A DNA stretch of 61,733 nucleotides, counting the filler, from Choristocarpus tenellus KU-1152 (Eukaryota > Protista > Phaeophyceae): the NCBI GenBank assembly GCA_964200185.2. It is 9 parts of 9 records of this genome, joined end to end, with 100 filler letters (N's around TTAATTAATTAA, not from the genome) between each part and the next. Parts side by side here need not be neighbours in the genome. Positions count along the whole stretch, not along the records: positions 1 to 16,034 come from CAXNAD020000885.1; 8 more parts are not named here. The stretch is one strand, 5' to 3'. Position 1 is the stretch's first letter, and each line of letters starts with the position of its first letter. Positions 1-11,937 of the stretch are shown one piece after another. The notes under the pieces were generated by a model that ran no database searches, was not told the DNA's origin, and saw only the letters and a program-made list of their open reading frames with translations. The position numbers and the translations under genes were made by a program.

Positions 1-83
1 AATTAAAATCCACTCTCCCCGACCGGGCCCCGAAGGGCACCCCTCTTTTGAACCCCCCCCCCCCCCCCCCAGATACTTTGAGA
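1..83 (+). mobile_element. Partial right end of a family-B-like MITE
   Basis: Poly-C tract followed by AGATACTTTGAG, the right terminal inverted repeat of family B (compare 3940-3965). The last bases are diverged. Confidence 0.5.
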
Positions 84-455
84 AAGCACTTGTCAGCCTG
101 TCTGCACTGAAGAGTTGCCCCAGTTATTGCATGCAGGTGTCCATCCCTGAACTCCACTCCTGTGTGATGTATTTGTCATCATTGTTTGATGTAGTGGATA
201 GTTTTGAGATGCCCTCTGGAAGCACTGATTACACTGAACCTTTGAAAGAACTATTCGACCCAAATTGTTCTTTATTTTTCACAGGACAATAATCTCCTCT
301 CCAGCCACAATGCTTTAGAGGGGTTTGTCACACTGCGGCAGGATGTCCTCCCATGACACAATAAGCAGGTCCTGATGGCAACATTACGACAAAGCCCCTC
401 ATATATTGATCCACGACCCTGACACTTCCATACACTGATTTTGTGGACCTTGCAG

Positions 456-1539
456 GTACCCCATTGATATGTCCAAGGTTGTGCTCAAGGATGAATATTC
501 TGATGATGGCACAGACTCTGATGACAACTTGTCATTAGGACAACGTTGTCCTTTGAAAGCAACAGGGTCAACATCCACACAATGTGCAACATCTGCACTG
601 AAGGCGAGGGGAGGTAATGTGATTGGAGCAAAGGGCAAGACCCCTGCCAGCATGTCTAGGAGGAGGGAAGGAGGGGGTGATACTGACGTACCTAGTGACA
701 GTGGTGATGAAGGCTTAGAGGCAGGCCGTACCTCGTGTGTGAAAGGGACAACACCACACAAGCGATCAGGAAGTAAGCAGCAGGGGGCAAAGGGTGTCAA
801 GGATGGACTTGGGGTTGCTAAGGAGAAGCAGTCTGTCTTTGGCACAGTTTTGAGTGCTAAGAAATCGACGAGGTCTGTCACCAAGTCTACTGGGAAGTCA
901 GGAGAACGGGGAAAAGCCCCAGGACTTGACCAAAAAGCAGAAGCAGTGAAGAGTGCAGGTGGGTCAGTTCCACCACTTGCTAAGTCAAATGTTCGACCAA
1001 TATTGAATGCCATGGCACGGACAGGTGCTGCTGATGGATCACAGAAAGGGGCTGGTGCTTGTGTTGTGCCCTCGGCAAAAAATGGTTCCAAGAGTGGCAG
1101 TAGTAAGCGTGCACATGCTTCTAGTGATGAACACAAGGTCGTGGTAGTGGTGAAGGGAACTAACGTGGCAAGACGACCATCTTCCTCCCCAGTGACTCAT
1201 TCCCAGGCCAATCCTAGATGCAAATCGGGCAGCCCTATTGTTGCCCAACGAGTGCCTTCTGCCCCCCCCAAGATTTCCCAAACAAAGTCGGCAAGATCTC
1301 ATCATTTGGGACGAAAGGGGCCTGAGGTAACAAAGGGGCCTTCCTCCCCTTCTCATGGTGTGCACACTGGGAGTTCAGGGCTCAAGACCAAACGACCCTC
1401 ACCTAAGGGAGCCAAGGTGAAGACCTCCTTGCCCAAAGACCCTCTTGGATCACCACATGCCACATTGTCAACAATTGGGACCGTGGGGAAGGCTCACTCC
1501 GGTGTAGGACGGGGTCGGGGACAGAAAGGGAGCAATTGA
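456..1539 (+). CDS. Terminal exon of an unknown K/S/G-rich low-complexity protein, possibly pseudogenised
   Basis: 356-aa ORF (469-1539) preceded by acceptor TTGCAG at 450-455. A candidate upstream exon 285-368 has an in-frame TGA and a phase mismatch. No recognisable domain. Confidence 0.4.
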
Positions 1540-3781
1540 ACTGGTTTGAAAGGGACAAAAAGGCAACATTTTTATTTATATATATATATATTCCTTTTTG
1601 TGAAATATACCTTTCAGAAGATATATACAGTAAAGTAGAGGTCCCACTTTTATGACTTGTGAGAACAAGAGGTGGCAGCTAATTTAACAGGTGTGAAAAT
1701 GGGCTGCCACACTTCCTTTTGCTGATTTGGGACATGAGGCCAGATGTGCCTTAATGTGAATAGACACACCATGGAAGGGAAAGAAACCTCATGTTTCTGC
1801 CCAGCCACTTTTTATCCACCATCTTCATGTGGTTGCTGCCTTTCCACAAAGTTTAGTCATCTTACAGTGTATAGCGAAATATCTGTCATATTCCTACCAT
1901 CACACCACGACCATCACCTTTCGTTAACAGGAATAAATGCACAGTGTATGGATAAAATGTGTGAAATCATGGATACAAAATGGTGTAATGAAACAAAGAG
2001 TCTGAATTGCTGCCACTCAGAGGAAAACACTTTATGTTGGTATCTACATAATGATGCTAATGATGATTGACCCATAGGAGTGACCACAACTTCTCAACTA
2101 GATGTTCCTCGAAATGTTTGACTATGGCAATGGTGCTCTGTTCAGCACAGGATCGCATCTTGTGAACTAAAAAGCTGGTACAGATGCTGAAATCTAACAC
2201 TGACCCCAGAAGGCGAAGTTCTGGACCTGTTGGGTCATGGTGTAGCACATGGTGCATGCGACCCAGTTGCCCTCAACCCTGCAAAATATCAGGAGATATT
2301 GAGTAATCTCAGTGTCTAGGGACAGGGAAGTAAAGAAAATTGTGGAGATGGAGTGAGGGAGGAACAGGCCAGCCTTGATCACAAGACCGAATACCTTGCA
2401 ACAAACAAAAGTATCACCAAAGCACATAAAGCATGGTGGCTGCAGCTACAGGAGCAGAAGGATATAGTTGAGGATTTGGTGCAATACATGGGAGAGGATG
2501 TAGTGAGGGATACAAGTAACACAAGAGGGACTGACGAGAAGGATGACTTCAAAGAAGATACACAAGACTACTAATGCAGTGATGGGTGATGGCATTGGAA
2601 AGACTAGCCCCTTCATGACCCTATGGACCCTATGTTGAGATGGCGCCATTTTTCATTTTTTATGTTGGTCCTAGCTGAATAACGTGGGTAGGAAGATATC
2701 ATCGAATTTGTTGCTAGAGGCCAAAAAGGGTATTTTGGAATGCTCATGCTTCATGACATGTCATGCAAACTCTGACATAATCAGAGAGGACTTGTTGATT
2801 AATGATATTTAGCCACTTGTTTTCTCAAAGTTTGAAGTTCTGATAATACCACATATACTCATAGTAATGTTTTTTGGAGGGGATTATCCAGGAGTGACCA
2901 GGACAAATCATGGCATGCGTGCATAAGTGGAGAGCCATGAGAAGTGAGCAAGTGTGGGACGTTTTATGTGTGTGGCCTTGGCACACAACAGAGAAAAGGT
3001 CTGTGCCTGTTTTGCCAGAGTTGATTATACACGAACACTGAATCACCTTCTCTGATGCATACCCTTTGTTTAATGTGCCTCTGAGCATTTCAACCTGATG
3101 AGGTGGCGCACATTGAGAGGTTCAAGTTTGGTAATGTGCATGGTTGGTTTGAGTGCATGTGCAAGAAAGAAAGTCGCCGTATTGGTACTGATGACGTGAA
3201 TGCACAAGATGTGAGATGGTGAGCAAATGGACGCATGAGTGAGGTCGAGTTTAGTTTTTTTTCTACCATCCATACATAACTTACATTTCTTTTCAATATT
3301 TTTGACCTTTATAAAAAAAATATATATATCCGAACACTATCCTGGCATGTGGTCAGAGGTACTACACACTGCACTACTTTTAGTACTAATTTTTGTAACT
3401 GTTGCACTACAACGAACTGTACTACCTTCCTTCGTGCCTTCCTTCTTGAGTGTTGGGTTTGGCCATCCCACTCCTCTTTGCTCCGGTTCTACCCTTGAAT
3501 CCTGTGTTCGACGCACCTCCACGTCGCTTGGCCATTAGGGCTTGCGGCCTCATTGATAGTCTGGCATTATTGTGGTATAGCAAGGATAGGACTGTTCAGG
3601 CATAGTGTCCGTAGTTCGTGGCATCACATTTCCATTGAATTGAAGTCTGGTGTCGATAAGGTCTGATCCTATGAAATTCATGCAAGGAACAGCTTCCATA
3701 ACCTCTGATCCATGGGGGCGGTAGGTAATAGTGGCGATCAGATAGAGCTAGTTACAGTTAACTCAACCAACAGCTAAGTCA

Positions 3782-3965
3782 GGCTCAAAGTATCTGGGGG
3801 GCGGGAGGGAGGGGTCTACACCAGGATATCCATTTGAGCCCTGACCAGGAAAAGTGCACTTACAATATCCATCCGACACGTGCAACCAAATCACCCAAAA
3901 ATTGCGACATGGAAAAACGGGCCCCAAATGGACAGCCAGCACCCCCCCCCCAGATACTTTGAGTC
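3782..3965 (+). mobile_element. MITE family B, full copy (184 bp)
   Basis: TIRs GGCTCAAAGTATCTGGGG...CCCCAGATACTTTGAGTC; internal CCATTTG/CAAATGG; flanked by TCA/TCA; homologous to 34282-34432, 41280-41336, 41456-41629 and 49602-49709. Confidence 0.85.
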
Positions 3966-4010
3966 TCAACCAACAGCTAACTGAAGCAACAGCCAACGGT
4001 GTGCAAGTAT

Positions 4011-4068
4011 TTATTATGTCCTCTGACATTTTCCACATGTGTCAGGGGAAAAACCAATAAAAACCATT
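4011..4068 (-). repeat. 58-bp dispersed hairpin repeat with CATAATAA tail (possible 3' end of a LINE/SINE), copy 1
   Basis: Reverse complement matches 35753-35810 with 5 mismatches; contains a CTGACA...TGTCAG stem. Confidence 0.7.
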
Positions 4069-5439
4069 GGAATATCAAAACAACCCCTAAAAAAGGAATA
4101 ATAGTTGTCGTAAATGTGAAAGACATTTTTTTTATCATATATTTACTATTTTACTACCAGCTATGCTACACCACTGCCCTCCTGTTCCTCCAACCTAGCT
4201 TAGTCCTGCACCCTAGGGTGAAGAGCTAGGGAAGCATACCAATAATCTAACAGGTGTGCATGTATAATATAGTGCGACACTTAAGTTGCACAAGGACAAT
4301 ACTTTTCAGGGCGAGGTGAAGCACCGATTTCGTTTTTGATTATTTTATTGCGTTCTTTGTATAGACCACCCCCAAACTAAGTCCATGTAGGTAACTGGGT
4401 ACCAGGGAAGTAAATATAGCCATAAAAAATCATACCAGAAAATCGATGGCCGGACTATTTTGAGGCTAAATCAGAAGTCTCATTGGCATTGCCACTGATG
4501 GATGAACGGTTCCCGACGATTTTTCCCTCTGCTTCTCGTCAGAAATCGGCAGCATTCAGCACTGGTACTATCATCACATCATCATCATACTTGTGGTGCC
4601 GTCAACCACACATTCGTAACACCTGCATTGCTAGGTTGCCCTTGTATACCATCCCTCAACAATACTGATCCCAAATTTCTGAAAGTGGTCTTACAGGGAT
4701 ACCTATGAGTTCTTCTCCCGTCCACGTTGCATGTGTTTTCCCTCTGCAATTTCTCCAAATAATACAACATTAGGAATTCGCTCATATCTCATGCATGCAA
4801 CTGACCCTGTGAATATATACCCCTGTCTGTGCACCCTTCTTGTCCAACCACGAAAAAGTGATTGGCATCACCAGGAACTCCTCCGCCCACACCTAACACA
4901 TCAAAAATGTACTATTCTTGTTAGTGAAAGATCTCAACAACGACAACAGATTTATTAGTAGTGAAGAGTAACAAAATATGCCCAAATGCAATTAATTCTC
5001 GGAAATTTGAGATATACATCACTTCTCGAGACAGAAATCTGTTCTCCCCTTCCTCTCACAAGTTTCATTCTTTTTGTTGGGAGTACCTTGGTCACCGATT
5101 GGTGTTTGGTTGGTAGAAGTTGCTGTTGATGTGATCTGCTTCACTTTGGCTTGACTGAAAGCATAACCTGCCTAGGATAATAAATCACAAAAAATGCTCA
5201 CACACATAATCTCCCAACAACAATGAAGTGAAGATTATGAGTAATGTAGAAGTAGCAGTGCCGTGCAACGATCAAATGTTCATAGAAAAATATACTTAAG
5301 GAATCTCCAAAACATAAGAATGTCATGTCGATCGCTTCCTTGTCAAAGAGTTTTTACGTGTTTTGTTGGCAACTGTCTCTTTAGCAGAGGTTTAGCAGTA
5401 ACATTTTGCGGTATTCTTGTATGGTTTTGGAAAGACACC

Positions 5440-6300
5440 TATGATTGGGACATGAACTGGATAGCGTTGCACTTACTGGGAGGCGGAACGTTTGGGGAAC
5501 GTCGTATCTATAACCACCTTCAACCAATTTCATGCATGCACAGCACTTCCTTGAATCCTTCTTGCCTGCAACAAACAAAAGTATCCTTCCAACACGATGT
5601 TACGTGAAACGCACCCCCGAGTAGCGAAATCACTCAATCAAGATGAACACACGCAAATGCATACTACTTGTTGGGAGGAGGAACATCTGGAGAATACATT
5701 GTCTAGTCGCCCAGAACCACAGGTAAAACAGTTTCACCCATTCTTACATACTACCAAAATATCCCTGAAAACGACATACATACAAAGATCAACCAATCCA
5801 CAATTAATTGTCGAGTATCTCTCACACCATCTAATCAAACAAAAGACTACTCACAACTTTCTACTATTAGACCGGTTGGAAGGCAGGAAAGTTCGGAGAA
5901 CAAATTATCTAGCCACCTAGCTTCAACCAATCGTGTCTTTTCCCATCCACTCTTGCCCGCAACCTCCACATCCCTGACACAAACCAAAGGCAGATCAATC
6001 AGTTGACTATTTATTCAGTATATCACAATAATTACCCAAGACTAGCAACACACTTGTTGGGAGGCAGAACGTTTGGAGAACGAATATTCTAGTCGCCTAC
6101 TACCAAATGTGTTGTTTCATCAATCCTTGCCCACATATGCTATATTCTCAACAACAACATGGGGAGATCAACCAATAAACAATTAGTCGATATATCATAC
6201 AATAAAACCATATTTTTTAATCAAAACTAGCTTCACACCTTTCAGGAGGCAGAATGTTTGGGGAACGTACCGTCTTACCAGCTACAACTGATTACATGTG
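5440..6300. repeat. Degenerate tandem array of about five ~190-bp units
   Basis: Core GGAGGC(A/G)GAA..TTTGG(A/G)GAAC recurs near 5478, 5673, 5877, 6059 and 6245; AGATCAA(C/T)C recurs in units 2-4. Confidence 0.7.
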
Positions 6301-7039
6301 AAACTGCTTGTTCCAAACCCATTCTTACCTACAGCTGCAACATCTTTGACAGCAGCATCAGGAAACAACTACAAACCTCTCAAACAAGACCATGACAAAA
6401 ACACCCCATTAATGTACAGTTCTCAGAGATACAGTCAAAAGTCTTATTGCACTTTCCCCCCACCAACCCCACTGACCCCCCAAGGCCAGACCCGCACCTG
6501 CAACTTTCTCCTTCCTAAGTTTCAAAAATGTTTAGACAGCTCAATCTCTTTCCCTTTACACCATTGACACTAAAATATAATCACTTTCTTAAGGATTGCC
6601 AACTCCGCTAGACCCACACAAAAACTCTACTGTGCACTGGCTCAAAATCAGAGATGCACACTCCCTTTCTATAACTCTGCTACTCATGACCAAAGCTCAA
6701 GGCAAGGTCAGGGCAAGGCCAGGCAGGAAGGCTCTTGACCCAACATAGAACAACAACACCGCTTCACCATATAGTGAAGCCTGAACATACAACAACATAA
6801 CCAAGTCCCACATCCTCTCCCACATCCATGGGTCGACACCACTGAGGCTGGGGTGGTTGGATGGGTCAGCACGGCATTGGAATTTGGGGAGGTATGACCA
6901 TGCTGGGTCTTCAACTCCACAAATCGCTCTTTCCCATCTACTCGAATAAACTCTACACATCTAGGTCACCCAGGTACTTATCTTCCCCAAATGCTGTCAG
7001 AATATGAGACACACAGGGCAGTCAGGGGAGAATGTCCAT

Positions 7040-8988
7040 CTACAAATCCTCCATGTCATCATAGACTTCTACCCAAGGCACCCCCTCATCCTCCTCCTCT
7101 GCAGGCGGGACATCCTCCTGTGATGCTACAGTTGACACAACTGCCTCCGTTGAATACCCTCCATTTTCAGCCTGTGTCCTGGGCATGGCATCCACGGCTT
7201 CAATGACATCATATCTGTCTGAGCTTCGGATCATCTTCCTGGGCGGGGCTACTGTGGAGTCTTCCCCGTGCCCCTTCTTACCACCCGGAGTCGTAACTCC
7301 GTCCCTAACACCCACTGTAGCAACAACCCCTTCCCTGCCGGCAGCTCCCCTGGTGCCATCCCTGGCTGAGATCTTGGGTGATGTACATACCAACTCTTGG
7401 TAGGATCTTTTCCCAGTTTGGGAACGGCACCCCCTGCTAGACTGAGCACTTCTCCCCCCTCTCTCCTCTCCATCTGCCATGCCTTCCATGGCCCCACCCA
7501 CTCCAGGTTCGTTTCGGGAAACCTTGACAGGGCTCTCCAGAACCTGGGAAAGGCGTTGCTCCTCCAAAGGCTTGTACCTCTTGTTACTCCGCCCATCGAC
7601 TACCTCCTCCCTGAGGATAGGAACTCTGGCAATGGGGGGGGGTGGGGGCGACCTTCTCCGCTTCGTTTGGGTCGTTCCCCTTCCTGTATGAATTGATGTT
7701 GACCTTGAGGTTACCTCTGTATGAATTGATGTTGACCTTGAGGTTACCTCTGTATGAATTGATGTTGACCTTGAGGTTACCTCTGTATGAATTGATGTTG
7801 ACCTTGAGGTTACCTCTGTACGAATTGATGTTGACCTTGAGGTTACCTCTGAGGTCTGCTTTATCCCCACAGGTATCGACAGACGCAGTCGAGTCAACAT
7901 CAGGAAAAGGTTTGCAAAGGGAAGAAGGCGATGTAAAACTCGTGTGAGGAATGAGGCATGCTTTTTGGTCATGTTGAGAGTTCACTGAAGACTGTGCCGG
8001 ATATATCCTGTCTCTGCAAATGGTACCACAACTGGAAGCCACAGGACAAACCTTTACTATCAGCATCAGTATCATTCAAATTAGTCTGAGGAGTCCCCCC
8101 ACATCTGTAGTTGAGACAAAAAAAAGAAGGTAATGTACACTTGCTTGAAAATACAAAACACTGCAGAAAAAATAAAAAATAAAACCGTGGAAAAAATAAA
8201 AAAACTCGTTGATGGTACAAAGGGCAACAAAGAGAAAGCCTGATGAAATACAAACAACACCCAACACATGCACTGGGGATAAACACCCTCAGTATTGTCA
8301 GGCATTACCAAGTCCTACCAGAAAGCGAGGGGGACAGAAAAAAAAGTTGAGGGTCACAACATAAACACAGTGACAGGTTTCAGATTACTCACCATGCCAC
8401 TCCCTGGGAGGCTCTCCACGGGCTCCCCCTCCAGTGTATGGTCCTCTTGCCTCCAAACTCCTGTATGCTCCTCAACAAACTCTACCCCCTCCAAACCTTG
8501 ATGGTACTCATGTACTTCTTCCCTTCCCATCTGTCCGTTGGTCCTATCCTCTCCCTCTGCCCTGTCAGATCCAGGGCTGAAGTGTGTTAAACCACCCACA
8601 GCATCCACCCCACTCCCCGAAGGAACATCACCCTCTCCTACGATAGTCTCTACCCTGATGAGGTCATCCGGAGACACCTTCAGTGTTGGAGAGCAGAGGA
8701 AGGTGTTTTGTCACATCACTGGCATGTCATGAAAGGCTCACAGGGTGGGGTGCTCCACCAGCAAGGTAATTGCTATTGCTTTCACTGCAGCCGCCTTGCA
8801 GACACAGTATGTACTAGTACAGTAAGTACAAGTACAGTAAGTACTAGTACAGTAAGTACAAGTACAGTAAGTACAAGTACAGTAAGTACAAGTACAGTAA
8901 GTACAAGTACAGTAAGTACAAGTATCTGAGCTAAACAAGGCAAAATGTCTCGATCCCTGAACCAATAACATAGATTCGCTCCGATCAG

Positions 8989-9030
<42 letters not shown>

Positions 9031-11905
9031 TAATAATAATAAAAAATAAAAAAAAGCACGATATCAAGATCACTCACAACGGGAAAAAGCCTTCCAAGGG
9101 ACGTACTCCTGCCAAGTCGGCAATTGAGCCGGTCCGACAGACTGACTGGGTTCATGATGTCTTGAGGTGCATTGCATGCTGCCGCCATCCGCCTACACCA
9201 TGAGCTGTGTCGAATCTCTTCCAGAGTAAGCCTGTCCCTCGGCGTACGCGATGATAATGCCCTAACAACAACCCACATGTCTAACATCGACAGAGACAGG
9301 ACACCCCCATGGTAGAACAAAACAAAACAAGGGGGCGATACGGCAAACTTTGGTGTCAGTTCGCCTAAAGCAGTAGATGGAAGTGGACTGGGGAAGATGA
9401 CACACTGGTGACAGTCAAGTCAACAAATGGGCTTAACTTCCTACCCAAGCGCAACGGTTAGAACAGTGAAAACACACACTCAGTCCAAACCTGTGGAACA
9501 ACCTAAGTGTGATGAAACAGGCCCTGCTTTCGCCCCGCTCGATTGCACCGACCAATAACCAACCAATAACCCCACTCCAGCCCCACCACCCCCCACCCCC
9601 CNNNNNNNNTTCCCCCCCCTCCCCCCCCCCCCCCACCCACCCCCCAACCCCACCCCACCCCCCCCCCCCCCCCCCCCCCCCGTGTGCAGAGCACAGCAAT
9701 AACATACTCCTTCCATTTTGAGTAACTTAACAAATTGTTTTTGAGCAAACACTCAACACAGACTGGTCGGAACATGTTTAAGTCTGCACCTCCACCAGGG
9801 AGAGCCTACCCAAGATCCTGGAAAGTAACAAGGAGAAATTAGATAACAATACCACCCCACCCCACCCCTAAGCCAAGCCTCCTACAGGGGCTTCAGTTGA
9901 GTACTGCAGTGAGTAGTGAATAACAAACTCCCACCTAAGCATGGAACACATACGTCTGCAAACCACTGGGATTGAGCATGCAACAAACACGTTAACACTA
10001 ACCCTAACCTTAACATTGGCATCGAATCACTGCATCTTCTGAAAACCCCAGAGTCATCACGCATTGGATGCCTCATTTCTAAAACACAACATATAAATAC
10101 AACATATAAATACAACATATAAATACAACATATATAACAGCGAGCTACATGTAATTAGAATGTCTCAATACGCAGGGGGAGTGCTGAATACCACACGGAA
10201 AAATTGGTCTTGCTCTGGAGTGTATTTGCATGGAACGAGGGATCAATAACTTCTGATCAATAACTTCTGATCAACAACTTCTGTCATCGCACAAACACCT
10301 TAACAAGGGCGAGGATATCCCTACGGCCCAAAGACTATCGGCTGTGGAACTGTGCTGAATGAGGGCACTGGTCCTGGCAGGGAGGGGACAAGCAACAGCA
10401 TTGCTAAAAAAAAAAGGGTACGCACATGAAAAGAAACAAAAAAAAACCAAAAAAACCCTAAGAGTGAGTACCTTTCCTCTTGAACGTTGAACCAATCAAC
10501 CCTAAACATGCAGAAAATATATGCGCAACCAAACTATTTCAAACTATTTCAAACTATTTCAATAGAGCTGGACGACGACTACACACGTATGGATGTACAA
10601 ACAAGAATAATTTTCGGTATATACCATTCCAAAAAAAAGGGGGGGGGGAAATATTCTGCCGGGAAATCTCTTGAGGAAGTGTCATCCCCGTAAACAATAA
10701 TAATAATAAAATAAAATAAAATAAAACAAAGGGCAAGCAAGCTTCTACTCTCTTGAAATACCTTCTGCGGACTTGGTTTTTTTTCTGGGTACCCCCACAC
10801 TTTGAACCCAGCAGGCACCCTGGTACTAGCTAAGGTGGTGCTACTCTTGAGTGCTGGGGCAAGCACTAATAGGGATGCACTTTGAAACTAGAAGGGAACT
10901 TAATTTAACTATTCTGTGTTTAAAACCAAAATATATGAGAAAGGTAGTATGAAAGTACTACATACTTGGAAAGGAATAGTTAAAAGCCACCCACCAAAAA
11001 ATAAAACTAATTACATGTCAGAAGACATCACCAGATACCGCAAGCCTCGTAATGACTCTGGACCTATCAGAACCCCCCCAAAGCGCACCAAATTAGTCAA
11101 TTTTGTCTTCAACATAGAATACAGGAACAGGTTTGGGAACCATATAAGGACTATGTATTTGACAGGGAGTGTGCTAACCCCAACCCTAACCCTACTGTGA
11201 CAAACAACAGGTACAGGGGGGATCAATCTTGACAGTCGACTCATTGCGCCCTTTTGAGACCTCACCCCGAATACGCACTACCTTTTGATTATCCCTAACC
11301 CTAACCCTATGCATTACAGATACACACACATCCCCATCCAGTGATCCAACCAAAAACACTTCGAACTCTACCCATAATCAAGGCTACAGGACAAATGGTT
11401 CAGTTACACCAAGCGCCAACCATCTCCTGTAGAGATGAACTGAAAATCTGACTCAAAAGTGCTAGCAGGGCAAGTTCTACTTTCATATCGACAGAACTAT
11501 CACTGATACGTCAAGTCTCCCACCATCCCGTCTCTTGCTATCACCAATGAGCAGTCAAAATGATCTATAGACACCGCCTGCGCAATTAACGTACTAACAG
11601 AACCCGGTAATAAAAGGACAACAAAAGTCAACAGTAGTACTATACTTGGTGCTACACGCCAAAATTACCAACATGGTAGCCTGGATCCACCTTTCTCACC
11701 CTCGGGGATTGCCGGGGGACGAGGAGTACCAGTATCTGTTCCAATTCCCAGCCCATCTTCCAACATCGTTCCTGTCATTAAGACATAAATGGTCATCCCA
11801 AAAGCCCACATATCGTCGTCTCTAGCGTCGACCAGAGTGTTCATCCTTTGACCACTTGGTAGAGAGGTATAACTCATGGCTCGACGCTGGATGAGATAGG
11901 TGAAA

Positions 11906-11937
<32 letters not shown>

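Noticed and set aside
399-1136. 245-aa minus-strand ORF
   Set aside because: Antisense to the longer plus-strand exon, with no independent support.
1640-2600. Possible decayed gene fragment
   Set aside because: Short protein-like stretches with many stops, no recognisable family and no reliable boundaries.
5440-6300. CRISPR-like or repeated micro-exon interpretation of the ~190-bp array
   Set aside because: The spacers are homologous to each other and too long, the repeats are degenerate and no cas genes are present; putative splice boundaries give inconsistent exon lengths.
9433-9775. Gly-/Pro-rich ORFs (also 19988-20391)
   Set aside because: Low-quality poly-C tracts around N gaps within introns.
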